A stretch of DNA of 64,000 nucleotides from an uncultured Actinomycetes bacterium (GTDB lineage Bacteria > Actinomycetota > UBA4738 > HRBIN12), in the NCBI GenBank assembly GCA_963775755.1, contig CAVZKB010000012.1, positions 31,868 to 95,867 on the forward strand, in the 5' to 3' direction. The notes under the pieces were generated by a model. The model saw only the letters and a list, made by a program, of their open reading frames with translations, was not told where the DNA came from and did no database searches. A program made the translations under genes and the position numbers. Below are positions 19,076-29,047 of the stretch, piece after piece (the first letter of the stretch is position 1; each line of letters starts with the position of its first letter).

Positions 19076-21412
19076 ATGGTCGATGCCGATCGGGGCCTGA
19101 GCTCGGCCGATGTCGAGGATCGCGAGGCACGGGGGCAGGTCAACCTGGTCCCACGGTCGCACACCCGGACCGTCACGGCGATCGTTCGTTCCAACGTGTT
19201 CACGCGGTTCAACGCGCTCCTCGGCGCGATGCTGGCCGTCATCCTGGTGGTCGGGCCCTTCCAGGACGCGCTCTTCGGGTTCGTCCTGATCGGGAACGCC
19301 GGCGTCGGGATCGTGCAGGAGCTGCGCGCCAAGAGGACGCTCGATCGCCTGGTGGTGCTGACCGCGCCCAAGGCGCACGTCGTACGCGACGGCCGGGTCG
19401 GCGAGGTTCCGGTCGAGCGCGTGGTCCTCGACGACGTGTTGGAGCTCTCGACCGGGATGCAGGTGATCGTGGACGGCGATGTCCTGGTCTCCGACGGGCT
19501 CGAGCTGGATGAGTCGCTCCTCACCGGCGAATCGGAGTCCGTACCGAAGGCACCCGGCGACACCGCGATGTCGGGGTCGTTCGTCGCCGCGGGCGCCGGC
19601 CGCATGGTCGCCACGGCGGTCGGCGCCGAGGCGTACGCGGTGAAGCTGGCGCTGGAAGCGAGACGGTTCACGCTCGCACGCTCCGAACTTCGCGACGGCG
19701 TCGACAAGATCCTCCGATGGGTGACGATCGCGATCGTGCCCACGGCTTCGCTCCTGTTCGTGAGCCAGCTGCGTCATCACGACAGCTGGCGCAAGGCCGT
19801 GTCGGGCGCGGTGGCCGGCACGGTCGCCATGGTGCCGGAGGGCCTGGTCCTGTTGATGAGCATCGCGTTCGCCGTCGCCGTCCTGCGGTTGGCGAAGCGG
19901 AACGTGCTTGTGCAGGAGCTCCCCGCCGTCGAGGGGCTCGCGCGCGTGGATGTGCTCTGCATCGACAAGACCGGCACGCTCACGGCGGGCAAGCTCGCGG
20001 TCGTCTCGATCGAGTCGCTCGACGCGAACGTGCAGGTCGAAGAGGTGCTGGCGGCGATCGCGGCAGCCGATGCGCATCCCAACGCGACGATGTCCGCGAT
20101 CCGAGAGCGGTATCCCACGGCGCCGAGCGGGTGGACGCAGACCGGCTCGGTGCCGTTCTCATCCGGCCGCAAGTGGAGCGCCGCCGCGTTCGGGAGCCGG
20201 GGCTCCTGGGTCGTCGGAGGCGCCGACGTGCTGATCGGCGCCGACGACCCGGCAGGGGACCGGGTGCACGAGGTGGCCGCCGAAGGAGCGCGCGTGCTCG
20301 TCGTCGCCCGGACCGACGACCTGCCGCAGAACGGCAGCCTTCCCGCGTCGCTCAGGCCGGCCGCCCTCGTGGTGTTGGAGGACACCCTCCGGCCGGGTGC
20401 GGCCCGGACGCTCGACTATTTCCGGGCGCAAGACGTCACGGTGAAGGTGATCTCCGGTGACGACCCGCGGACGGTGGGCGCCATCGCCCAGCAGCTGGGG
20501 CTGGAGGGCGCGGATCACCCGATCGACGCCCGCGAGCTTCCGGACGATGAGGACGGGCTCGCGCAGGTGCTCGAGCACGCGTCAGTCTTCGGACGCGTCA
20601 CGCCGCATCAGAAGCGTGCCATGGTCAACGTGCTGCGTTCACACGGGCACGTGGTGGCCATGACCGGCGACGGCGTCAACGACGCACTCGCGCTCAAGGA
20701 CGCGGACATCGGGATCGCGATGGGCTCGGGGAGCGACGCCACGCGCGCGGTGGCGCAACTCGTCCTCCTCGATTCGGACTTCGACTCGCTCCCGCACGTG
20801 GTCGCGGAGGGGCGACGGGTGTTGGGCAACATCGAACGCACGTCGGGTCTCTACATCACGAAGACCGTGTACGCGATGCTGCTGTCACTCGCGGTGGGCG
20901 TCGCGGGGTTCGCCTTCCCGTTCCTTCCACGACATCTGACCTTGATCGGCGCGCTCACGATCGGCATCCCGTCGTTCTTCCTCGCACTCGCGCCGAACAC
21001 GGATCGGTTCAAGCCCGGGTTCGTCTCGCGGGTGGCGCGTTTCGCGCTCCCCGCCGGCGCGCTGGCCGCGATCGCCACGTTCCTGGCATACGCCATCGTG
21101 CGCGGGAAGGCGGGCGTGAGCCTGATCGAGGCGCGCACCGCGGCGGTCATGGTGCTCACGTGGATCGGCCTGTTGGTGCTGTCGATCATCGCGGCACCGC
21201 TCGATCGGGCGCGCCTCTTGTTGATCTGGTCGATGGCGGGCTTGTTCCTGGTTGCGGTCATGCTGCCTGCGACGCAGAAGTTCTTCGCGCTCAAATCGCC
21301 CGACGACCTCGTGTGGCTGGCGGCGTTCGGGATCGCGGCGATCGTGTGGTCGTTCGCTCGCCTGTTCGTGCCCGGGGAACAGCCGATCGGGCCGCGCGCG
21401 CTGAAGGAGTAG
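19076..21412 (+). CDS. P-type cation ATPase (CtpE-like)
   Basis: DESLLTGES, PEGL, DKTGTLT, ISGD, MTGDGVND. Confidence 0.95.
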   Translation: MVDADRGLSSADVEDREARGQVNLVPRSHTRTVTAIVRSNVFTRFNALLGAMLAVILVVGPFQDALFGFVLIGNAGVGIVQELRAKRTLDRLVVLTAPKAHVVRDGRVGEVPVERVVLDDVLELSTGMQVIVDGDVLVSDGLELDESLLTGESESVPKAPGDTAMSGSFVAAGAGRMVATAVGAEAYAVKLALEARRFTLARSELRDGVDKILRWVTIAIVPTASLLFVSQLRHHDSWRKAVSGAVAGTVAMVPEGLVLLMSIAFAVAVLRLAKRNVLVQELPAVEGLARVDVLCIDKTGTLTAGKLAVVSIESLDANVQVEEVLAAIAAADAHPNATMSAIRERYPTAPSGWTQTGSVPFSSGRKWSAAAFGSRGSWVVGGADVLIGADDPAGDRVHEVAAEGARVLVVARTDDLPQNGSLPASLRPAALVVLEDTLRPGAARTLDYFRAQDVTVKVISGDDPRTVGAIAQQLGLEGADHPIDARELPDDEDGLAQVLEHASVFGRVTPHQKRAMVNVLRSHGHVVAMTGDGVNDALALKDADIGIAMGSGSDATRAVAQLVLLDSDFDSLPHVVAEGRRVLGNIERTSGLYITKTVYAMLLSLAVGVAGFAFPFLPRHLTLIGALTIGIPSFFLALAPNTDRFKPGFVSRVARFALPAGALAAIATFLAYAIVRGKAGVSLIEARTAAVMVLTWIGLLVLSIIAAPLDRARLLLIWSMAGLFLVAVMLPATQKFFALKSPDDLVWLAAFGIAAIVWSFARLFVPGEQPIGPRALKE

Positions 21413-21433
21413 GCTCGGCTGGTCCGTGATGGA

Positions 21434-22081
21434 CTAGTGGAGCAGGCCGAACCGCGACGGCGGCCAGATCTTGATGAACGCCACGCCGATCACCTTGTCG
21501 ATCGGCACGTAGCCGAGGCCGAAACGCGAGTCGAGTGAGTTCCCGCGGTTGTCGCCCATCACGAAGAGCTTGCCTGCCGGGACCGTCTTGGCGTCGAACG
21601 GTTGGGTCTTCTGCGTGAGGTACGGCTCGACCAGTGCCTTCCCGTTCACGAACACGGATCCGTTCTTGCCCTCCACCACGTCGCCCGGCAGCCCGATCAC
21701 GCGCTTGATGAAGTCCTCGTCCGTCGGCTGTTGGAACCCGAGGCCCTGGAAGAGCCAGTGGAAGAACCCACCCACGAGCCCTCGGTCGGCCGTCACCGTG
21801 GGATTCGGGTTCTCGAACACGATGATGTCGCCACGCCGCGGATCGTGGAAGTAGTACGGGATCTTGTTGACCAGCACGCGGTCGCCCTCTTGAAGCGTGG
21901 GCTCCATCGACGGGCTGGGGATGAAGAACGCCTGGAACAGGAACGTCCTGATGACCAGCGCGAGGACGAACGCCATGAGGACGAGCCCCGGAACCTCGCC
22001 GAGGAAGCCGAGGAAGCCGGATCGATTCGGGCGCCTCTCCGGCTCCGGCTCTTCGAGCGAGGTGCGTTCCGCGGTTCTCAC
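21434..22081 (-). CDS. lepB: Signal peptidase I
   Basis: IPSPSMEPTL, GDRVLVNK, FIKRVIGLPGD, MGDNRGNSLDSR. Confidence 0.95.
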   Translation of the reverse strand: MRTAERTSLEEPEPERRPNRSGFLGFLGEVPGLVLMAFVLALVIRTFLFQAFFIPSPSMEPTLQEGDRVLVNKIPYYFHDPRRGDIIVFENPNPTVTADRGLVGGFFHWLFQGLGFQQPTDEDFIKRVIGLPGDVVEGKNGSVFVNGKALVEPYLTQKTQPFDAKTVPAGKLFVMGDNRGNSLDSRFGLGYVPIDKVIGVAFIKIWPPSRFGLLH

Positions 22082-22142
22082 CGGTCAAGCGTACCGGCCG
22101 GCGGTCGTTGCGGGCGGCTTCGTCGCGATCGGCGAAGGCCAT

Positions 22143-23228
22143 TCACGGCAGGACGAGCGTGACCTCGACGGCCTTGAACGAGGCCCACGCGTTGCCGCCT
22201 TCCTGGAGTCCCAGACGATCCACGGAGCCGAGCGTGATCTCGGCGACGACGGACGGCGCGCCTGACAGGCGCACGCGTGCGCGCTGGCCGTCGATCGCGA
22301 TCTCGGCGACCGAGCCTTCCAGCACGTTGCGCGACGATCCTTCGGGCCTGGAGTTGTGGAGTACGACGTCGGAGGGCCGCAGGACCGCGAGCACGCCGTC
22401 GACGGGCGTGTGCGGAACGTCCTCGGGCCACGGCACCACGACGCTGCCGGTGGACGTCACGACCGAGCCCGCGCCGGCGTCGAGCGGTTCGAGCCGGCCG
22501 GCGTACAGGTTCACGCCGACCAGGTCGGCCACGTACGCCGTGCGGGGGGCGTTGCGGAGCTGTTCGGGCGTGCCGGACTGCGTGACCTCCCCCGCCTCCA
22601 GGACCACGATGCGATCGGCGAGGGTCAGCGCCTCGACCGGATCGTGCGTCACGAGGACGCGGACGCCCTCGAACCCGTCGAGCGTCGCTCGGATGAGGGG
22701 ACGGAGCTCCGAGCGGGCACGGACGTCGAGCGAGGAGGTCGGTTCATCCATCAAGAGCAGGCGCGGCCGGTGGATCAGGGCGCGCGCGATCGCCACGCGC
22801 TGGCCCTCCCCTCCGGAGAGGTCCTTCGGCTGCGCATCGGCGCGAGACGCGGGGTATCCCAGGCGATCGAGGAGCTCTCGCGAGCGGGTTCGCGCCTCGG
22901 TTGCGGATACGCCCCTGGCGCGAAGCGGGAACGCCACGTTCTCGACCGCCGACAGGTGCGGGAACAGGACTCCGTCCTGGAACACCACGCCGACCGGTCG
23001 ATCCTCGGAGGGGACGTGCGCGCGAGCGTCGGCGTCGTCCAGCGTCAGCCCATCCAGGAGCACCGTTCCCTCGTCCGGCGGGAGCAGCCCCGAGAGACAC
23101 GCGACCATCGTCGACTTCCCCGCGCCGTTCGGCCCCAGGAGCGCGACGGTCTCTCCGTCCTGCGCGTCGAACGCCGCACGCACGTGGAGCGCTCCGCGAG
23201 CGATGCCGACGTCGACCGAGAGCGTCAT
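22143..23228 (-). CDS. modC: Molybdate ABC transporter ATPase with TOBE domain
   Basis: GPNGAGKST, LSGGE, DEP, C-terminal TOBE; operon with modAB. Confidence 0.9.
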   Translation of the reverse strand: MTLSVDVGIARGALHVRAAFDAQDGETVALLGPNGAGKSTMVACLSGLLPPDEGTVLLDGLTLDDADARAHVPSEDRPVGVVFQDGVLFPHLSAVENVAFPLRARGVSATEARTRSRELLDRLGYPASRADAQPKDLSGGEGQRVAIARALIHRPRLLLMDEPTSSLDVRARSELRPLIRATLDGFEGVRVLVTHDPVEALTLADRIVVLEAGEVTQSGTPEQLRNAPRTAYVADLVGVNLYAGRLEPLDAGAGSVVTSTGSVVVPWPEDVPHTPVDGVLAVLRPSDVVLHNSRPEGSSRNVLEGSVAEIAIDGQRARVRLSGAPSVVAEITLGSVDRLGLQEGGNAWASFKAVEVTLVLP

Positions 23229-24013
23229 CGCGCGAAGATCCGGTCGCGAAGCGTGACCAGCACGATCAACGAGAGCGCGATGAGGAGGAGCGAGATGAGG
23301 ATCGCCGCGCCCGGGTCCGTCTGCCGTGTCTGGTAGACGGCGAGAGGCAGCGTCTGCGTCCGGCCGGCCAGGTTCCCCGCGAACGTGATCGTGGCGCCGA
23401 ACTCGCCCAGTGCGCGCGCCCATGCGAGCACCAGGCCGGCGGCGATCTGCGGCCGAAGCAGCGGAAGGGTCACGCGCCGCAGGACGTAGCCGCGCGACGC
23501 CCCCATCGCCGAGGCGGCCAGCTCGAAGCGCGGATCCAGCGACCGGAGCCCGGACTCCACGGCCAGGATCACCAGGGGGATGGACACGAACGTCGTCGCC
23601 GCGATCGCGCCCCAGATCGTGAACGTGAGCTGGATGCCGATGGCATCGAGCCAACGCCCGACGACCCCGCTCCGGCCGAGGGCGGCGAGCAGGCCCACGC
23701 CCCCGACGACCGGCGGCATCACGAGCGGCAGGATCACGATCGCCCGCAGGACCGAGCGCGCCGGCACGTTCGACCGCGCAAGGACCCAGGCGACCGGCGC
23801 GCCCAGGACCAGCGAGAGCGAGGCCGCGGCCAGTGAGACGACGATCGAGAGGCGGAGCGCGGTCCACGCGCCGGCGGACGACAGCTCGTCCGCCAGGTGG
23901 GACCACGGCGCCCGGATCAGGAGGGCTGCGAGCGGCAGCGCGACGAACAGGACGCCGATCGCCGCGAGTGCGGCGATGACGAGCGGCGTCCTCCGCACCG
24001 GGGAAGCGGCCAT
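23225..24013 (-). CDS. modB: Molybdate ABC transporter permease
   Basis: LPLVMPPVVGG, WARALGEFGATITFAGN, TQTLPLAVY. Confidence 0.93.
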   Translation of the reverse strand: MAASPVRRTPLVIAALAAIGVLFVALPLAALLIRAPWSHLADELSSAGAWTALRLSIVVSLAAASLSLVLGAPVAWVLARSNVPARSVLRAIVILPLVMPPVVGGVGLLAALGRSGVVGRWLDAIGIQLTFTIWGAIAATTFVSIPLVILAVESGLRSLDPRFELAASAMGASRGYVLRRVTLPLLRPQIAAGLVLAWARALGEFGATITFAGNLAGRTQTLPLAVYQTRQTDPGAAILISLLLIALSLIVLVTLRDRIFAR

Positions 24014-24023
24014 GCCGTGAAGC

Positions 24024-24833
24024 CTATGACGCGGGCGGCGGCAGGAAGCCGAAGTCCACGAGGGTCGCCTCACCCTCGGATCCGGTCACGTACCGCGCGA
24101 ACGCCTGGGCGAGCTCGGCATGAGGGGACGTCGACACCACGGCGATGGGGTAGGTCGCGATCACGTTGACGTCATCGGGGACGGCCACCGACGTGACCTG
24201 AGACGCCACCGCGCTCGTCACGTCGGACACGTAGACGATGGCGGCGTCGGCTTCTCCTGCGGTGATCTTCGCAACCACCGACGCGTCGTCCTCCTCGTTG
24301 GAGACGACGTTGGCCAGGACGGCGTCCTTGATCCCGGCACTCTCCAAGCTCTGCCTCGCGTAGTCCCCGACAGGCACACCTTCGGCGCCCAGCACGACCT
24401 GCACGCCTGGCCTTGCCAGGTCCTGCACGCTCGCGATGTTCGCCGGGTTGTCGGGCGGCGTGATGATGACCAGCTCGTTCTGCGCGAAGTCGGCGCGACC
24501 CGAGACGCCGACCTTGTCGCTCACCTCATCCATGTACGTGCCGCTCGCCGACGCGAACACGTCGGCCGTGCCCTCTGTCTCGATCGCGGATGCCAGGTCC
24601 CTCGACGATGCGAAGTTGAACGTGACCGTGGTTCCGGGATCCGCGGCTTCGAAGCCGGAACCGATCTGCGTGAACGCCGCGGTGAGGGAGGACGCCGCGA
24701 AGACCGTGAGCTCGGTGGCCTCGAGGGATGCACCGCCCGTCGTGCCGCCGGACGGATCGTCGTTGGTCGAGCGACAGGCGACGAGCGTGAGCGAGAGACA
24801 GACGAGTGCCGCGGGCAACGGCTTCAACCGCAT
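24024..24833 (-). CDS. modA: Molybdate-binding lipoprotein
   Basis: Lipobox LVAC, VFAASSLT, ADVFASA, VPVGDYA, IVYVSD, YPIAV. Confidence 0.93.
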   Translation of the reverse strand: MRLKPLPAALVCLSLTLVACRSTNDDPSGGTTGGASLEATELTVFAASSLTAAFTQIGSGFEAADPGTTVTFNFASSRDLASAIETEGTADVFASASGTYMDEVSDKVGVSGRADFAQNELVIITPPDNPANIASVQDLARPGVQVVLGAEGVPVGDYARQSLESAGIKDAVLANVVSNEEDDASVVAKITAGEADAAIVYVSDVTSAVASQVTSVAVPDDVNVIATYPIAVVSTSPHAELAQAFARYVTGSEGEATLVDFGFLPPPAS

Positions 24834-24898
24834 CCATGGACCTCCATGTAGAGGTGCGAAGGATACAGGTTGCTGTGGCCCTATCGCAAGGGAAACCC

Positions 24899-24915
24899 TC
24901 CGATACAGTATCGGA
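24899..24915. promoter_or_regulatory. Perfect palindrome TCCGATAC-A-GTATCGGA upstream of modA (candidate operator)
   Basis: 8-bp inverted repeat between the regulator stop and modA. Confidence 0.4.
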
Positions 24916-24918
24916 AAG

Positions 24919-25308
24919 CTACTCGGACAGGTTGACCATCACGCTGGTCGCCTTGACCGTCGCGACGGCCTCCATCCCCGGCTTCAGGCCGAGCTGATCG
25001 ACCGCCTCCCGGGTGATGAACGCGAGGATCCGGTGTGGGCCGGCTTGGATCTCGACGGTCGCGGCGAGCTTGTCCGTCTTGATCTCGGTGATGACCCCAT
25101 GGAACCGATTCCGCGCACTCCCCGCAGCGATCGGCTCCTGTCCGCGGGTCTCGGCGAGCAGGCGGGCGACTTCGGTCGCCGGCACCAGCCGCTGTCCCCC
25201 CTGCGAGCGACGCGTCTTGAGCTTCCCGTCGCGTTCCCAGCGCCGGAGCGTCTCCACGCGAACCCCGAGGACCTCCGCCGCTTCGCCGATGCGATACGTG
25301 TCCGCCAT
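24919..25308 (-). CDS. MerR-type HTH + TOBE molybdate-responsive regulator
   Basis: YRIGEAAEVLGVRVETLRRW; SARNRFHG…ITREAVDQLGL…VKATSV. Confidence 0.9.
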   Translation of the reverse strand: MADTYRIGEAAEVLGVRVETLRRWERDGKLKTRRSQGGQRLVPATEVARLLAETRGQEPIAAGSARNRFHGVITEIKTDKLAATVEIQAGPHRILAFITREAVDQLGLKPGMEAVATVKATSVMVNLSE

Positions 25309-25333
25309 CTCCGCGATGCTACGGGTCGCGCGA

Positions 25334-26314
25334 TCAGACCGCGAACCGGACGTGAAGGATGTCTCCCTCGCGGACGACGTAGTCCTTGCCTTCCACGCGG
25401 ATCTTGCCGTGCGCCTTGGCCCCCTCCATCGATCCCGCCGCGACGAGCTCGTCGTAGCTGATGACCTCGGCGCGGATGAAGCCGCGCTGCAGGTCCGTGT
25501 GGATGACACCGGACGCCTCGGGCGCCGTCGCGCCGCGCCGCACTTCCCACGCGCGCGTCTCGTCCTCCCCGGTGGTCAGGAACGTGATGAGGTCGATCGC
25601 CCGGTAGCAGGCCGCGATCACCTTGTCCAGACCCGGCTCCGCCACCCCGAACTCCTCGAGCAAGGCCCGCGCCTCGTCGGCATCCATCTCCGCCGTTTCG
25701 GCCTCGATCGACGCGTAGACACCGACCGCGCCGGCATCCGCGAGTGCCGCCGGGACCTCGGTCCCCTCCTCCAGGTTCGCGACGATCACCTCGGGCTTCA
25801 GCGTGAGCGGCGCGATGCCGCGGAGCTCGGCTACCACCTGAGGATCGAGCTTCGCGTCGCGCAGCGGGATCTCGGCCTCCAACGCCGTGTGCGCCGCTTG
25901 GAGCGCCGCGACCTCGGCCGTCGGTCTCCCCTTCGCGCGCTTCTCCGCCTTGTGCAACGCGGAGTCCACGACGGCCAGATCGGCGAGCAGCAGGTCGCCC
26001 CGGACCGTGGTGAGCTCCTCGGCGGGTGCCGCGTCGGCGCCGAACGATCGGATCACCACGGCGAGCGCTTCGACCTCCCGGAGCTTCGCGATGCCCTGCG
26101 CGGATGAGACCCCGCCCGGCACGTCGACGAATCGCACCTGCGCAGCCACGGTCTTCTTCGAGCGTTCCATCTCCGTGAGAACGGCGAGTCGGGGGTCGGG
26201 GACGGGCACGACCGCGACGTTCGCCTGGCCTCCGTGCGATCCCGAACGCGTCAGGGCCGTGAACAACGTCGACTTCCCGGAGAACGGCACGCCGACCAGA
26301 CCGATGTCCTTCAC
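25334..26314 (-). CDS. ychF: YchF-family ATPase (divergent paralog)
   Basis: GLVGVPFSGKSTLF, VPDPRL, FVDVPG, ETRAW, IHTDLQRGFIRAEV, EGKDYVVREGD. Confidence 0.88.
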   Translation of the reverse strand: MKDIGLVGVPFSGKSTLFTALTRSGSHGGQANVAVVPVPDPRLAVLTEMERSKKTVAAQVRFVDVPGGVSSAQGIAKLREVEALAVVIRSFGADAAPAEELTTVRGDLLLADLAVVDSALHKAEKRAKGRPTAEVAALQAAHTALEAEIPLRDAKLDPQVVAELRGIAPLTLKPEVIVANLEEGTEVPAALADAGAVGVYASIEAETAEMDADEARALLEEFGVAEPGLDKVIAACYRAIDLITFLTTGEDETRAWEVRRGATAPEASGVIHTDLQRGFIRAEVISYDELVAAGSMEGAKAHGKIRVEGKDYVVREGDILHVRFAV

Positions 26315-26564
26315 GTGCGGCGAGCGTATCAGCCGGTTGCCGCCCAGAAGACCGAGCGGACGGACCGGACGTCGTCCCCGCGCAGGCATGCGATATGGGC
26401 CGTTCGGCCGGGAAACTTCGGCCGTTCGGTCAGTGCTGCGAGGGTCGATGTCCTGCCGATGTCAATCGTGAGACCAGGCGGTGGCGGGGTGCCGCCAGAC
26501 CCACCCCGTCCCGCCGGGTCCCTTATCGGTCTGGTTGGTTCGGCTCATATGGTCTGGTCATCGT

Positions 26565-26607
26565 GCGGACGGGCAGGGATCCGACGGCCCCGCCCGTCCG
26601 CCGTCTC
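26565..26607 (+). terminator. Strong hairpin, putative terminator of an intergenic plus-strand transcript
   Basis: GCGGACGGGC…GCCCGTCCGC inverted repeat followed by cgtctct. Confidence 0.45.
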
Positions 26608-26628
26608 TCCACCATCCGTGGCACGGAA

Positions 26629-26656
26629 CGAGGCCGGGGCGTTCGCCCCGGCCTCG
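26629..26656 (-). terminator. Hairpin terminator downstream of sodN
   Basis: Perfect repeat CGAGGCCGGGGCG-TT-CGCCCCGGCCTCG, about 23 nt after the sodN stop. Confidence 0.65.
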
Positions 26657-26679
26657 GGTGGTTCTCCGCTCGCGGTTCG

Positions 26680-27078
26680 CTAGGACTTCGTCGCCCAGAA
26701 GATCTTCGCGAGCTCGTCGATGGAGTTCAGGAGCTCCTGTCCCTGCGCCGGGTCCTGGCTCTTCTTCGCGGCGCCGGCCAGCTTGGTCGCGTTCCAGAAC
26801 TTCTCGTGCAGGTCGGGATGCGCCTCCAGGTGCTCGGGCTTGAAGTAGTCGGTCCACAGCACCCACAGGTGGTGCTTCACCAGGTCCGCGCGCTCCTCCT
26901 TGATCGCGACGGCGCGGTCCTTGAAGATCGGGTCGTCGGAGCCCTGGTACTTCTCCTGACACGCTTTCACGGACTCCGCTTCGATGCGGGCCTGCGCCGG
27001 GTCGTACACGCCGCACGGAAGATCGCAGTGGGCATGGACGGTGCGGGTCGGCGTGAGCAAAGCTTCGAGGATGGACAT
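26680..27078 (-). CDS. sodN: Nickel superoxide dismutase precursor
   Basis: Leader ending VHA followed by the Ni-hook HCDLPCGVYDPAQARIEA; HHLWVLWTDYFKP. Confidence 0.97.
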   Translation of the reverse strand: MSILEALLTPTRTVHAHCDLPCGVYDPAQARIEAESVKACQEKYQGSDDPIFKDRAVAIKEERADLVKHHLWVLWTDYFKPEHLEAHPDLHEKFWNATKLAGAAKKSQDPAQGQELLNSIDELAKIFWATKS

Positions 27079-27100
27079 GCCGCCTCCTTCTGATGGGCCG

Positions 27101-27532
27101 ATGCCGGAAACCTACCACCGGGGTCGGAAACCGTTCGTGGGGATCGGAGCCGGCGTGGCGGTCGCGGCTGGTCTCGCGTGGGCGTGCTTGCGCTGGAGGC
27201 CATCGCGCGTGCTCATCGAAGGGGGCAGTATGGCTCCGACTCTCGCTCCAGGCGACTGGGCGCTGATGATCCCGGTGCGACACCCGACGATCGGCGACGT
27301 CGTCGTGGTCGAGCATCCCGGACGCCCCGGCTACGAGATGGTGAAGCGCCTCACCGCCGGTCCGAACGATCGGGTCGGCGATCGAACGCTCGGTCCGGAC
27401 GGGTGGTGGGTCGAAGGCGACTTCGCGGCCGCGTCCACCGACAGCCGTCAGTTCGGTCCGGTACGCAGAGACGGCTTGAAGGGCAAGGTCGTGCTGATCT
27501 ACTGGCCCAGGGAACGTCGACGTCGTGTGTAG
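27101..27532 (+). CDS. sodX: NiSOD maturation protease (S26 family)
   Basis: GGSMAPTL.PGD, MVKRL, WWVEGD…STDSRQFG; divergent from sodN. Start is uncertain. Confidence 0.88.
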   Translation: MPETYHRGRKPFVGIGAGVAVAAGLAWACLRWRPSRVLIEGGSMAPTLAPGDWALMIPVRHPTIGDVVVVEHPGRPGYEMVKRLTAGPNDRVGDRTLGPDGWWVEGDFAAASTDSRQFGPVRRDGLKGKVVLIYWPRERRRRV

Positions 27533-27569
27533 CGATCGCCGGACGCCAACGCGGCCCTATCCTCATCGG

Positions 27570-29015
27570 GTGCGCACCTTCCGCAGAACCACGCTCACGC
27601 TCCTCGGATTGCTCGTCGTCTTCGGTTCGGCCTGTCGGCCGGGCGTCGATCGCGCGACCAACCCTCAGTACCCGTCGGCCGGGCCGAGCGAGGGCGCGAC
27701 GGGCGGTGGCGAGGGCGATCATCGAGGCAGCGAGGGCGACGCCGACCGGATCGATCGAGAAGGGGCCGCCGTGCGCACCGGCCCGCTCCATCACGATCCG
27801 ACGACCGGCTGGCGCGGCGCCCAGCTGTTCGGTCACGCGAACGACTGGGAGCCGGCCACCGCGGCCGATCCTTCGGCGCCCTACGTGTACGTCCTGACGA
27901 CCCGGTACTCGGGCCGGGGTCCGCTCCCATGTCACTCCTGCGACCTGCCCGCCATGGCCTTGCGCGTGTCGAGCGACGGAGGGCGGACGTTCGGTCCGGT
28001 CCGATACCTCCAGCCGAACATCCCGGGCGGGCAGTACGACCCCCAGCTCGCCACGGACGCCGCCGGCGATGTCCTCGCGAGCTGGATGGACGGAAAGTCG
28101 CGGATCATGTTCTCCCGGTCGGTCGATCACGGCCGGACGTGGACGCCCGCCCGGGTGGTATCGCACGGGGCCGGCTGGGGCGATCACCCGTGGCTCGGCG
28201 TCAGCCCGAACGGCGATCACGTCTATATCGGCTTCAACCACGCCGCCAGCTGGGTGGCGCGATCGCACGACGGCGGTTCCACCTGGCTTCCTGCTCGGCA
28301 GGTCAGCACCGAGGATCGCTACTACTTCGCGAACGGGACGGTCGTGACGGACGACGGAGACGTCGCGATATCGACCGCGAGCTACGCGCAGCCGTACTCA
28401 ACGGTCGGTCGCCGGGAGCCGATCTTCATCGAGGTCGAACGCTCGACCGACGGAGGCGCCACCTTCGACTCCACACTCGTCGACACGGTTCAAGAGCCGC
28501 GCGACTGCGTGAGCGACGGTTGCCCGTTCGGCCACTACGGTGGTCACGCCGTGATCGCGTTCTCCGACGGCGCGCTCGTCCTCGCCTACGACGGCGCGAT
28601 CCTCCCGGAAGGGGACCAGTACCTGTGGGTCCGTCGTTCGATGGACTTCGGAACCACGTGGTCCTCGCGCACCAAGCTCTCGGCCACCACGCCCGGGGTC
28701 GTGGCGATGAACCCCGGGATCACCGCCGGGGCGAGCGGCGAGGTCCGCGTCGCGTGGCAGGACAGCCGCAAGGGTCCGTTCCGCTGGAACACGTTCGTTC
28801 GTGCGTCGCACGACGGCGGCGCGACGTGGGGTCCGGCCACCGACGTCTCGGATGCGACCAGCGGCTACAAGTATCTGCATCCGCGTGGCTACGACGCCGA
28901 CTACGGCGATTACATGCAGGTCGCGCTGACGTCCGACGGCTCGACGTTCGCGGTTTGGGGCGCGGGGTTCGGCTACGCGGGCCCGGGCGGGACCTGGTTC
29001 AACGTCGAGGCCTGA
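27570..29015 (+). CDS. BNR/Asp-box (sialidase-like) beta-propeller lipoprotein
   Basis: Lipobox FGSAC; six Asp-box-like motifs (SSDGGRTF, SVDHGRTW, SHDGGSTW, STDGGATF, SMDFGTTW, SHDGGATW). Confidence 0.85.
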   Translation: MRTFRRTTLTLLGLLVVFGSACRPGVDRATNPQYPSAGPSEGATGGGEGDHRGSEGDADRIDREGAAVRTGPLHHDPTTGWRGAQLFGHANDWEPATAADPSAPYVYVLTTRYSGRGPLPCHSCDLPAMALRVSSDGGRTFGPVRYLQPNIPGGQYDPQLATDAAGDVLASWMDGKSRIMFSRSVDHGRTWTPARVVSHGAGWGDHPWLGVSPNGDHVYIGFNHAASWVARSHDGGSTWLPARQVSTEDRYYFANGTVVTDDGDVAISTASYAQPYSTVGRREPIFIEVERSTDGGATFDSTLVDTVQEPRDCVSDGCPFGHYGGHAVIAFSDGALVLAYDGAILPEGDQYLWVRRSMDFGTTWSSRTKLSATTPGVVAMNPGITAGASGEVRVAWQDSRKGPFRWNTFVRASHDGGATWGPATDVSDATSGYKYLHPRGYDADYGDYMQVALTSDGSTFAVWGAGFGYAGPGGTWFNVEA

Positions 29016-29047
29016 TCTTCTGCGGACCGCGGATAAGGTGGAAGGCG

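Noticed and set aside
17705-20077. Long antisense or alternative-frame ORFs (this 790-aa one and many others in the track)
   Set aside because: Shadow ORFs typical of 70% GC DNA, overlapping motif-supported genes.
26680-27532. sodN-sodX as a novel system
   Set aside because: A well-known NiSOD plus maturation protease pair; only the very short divergent gap is notable.
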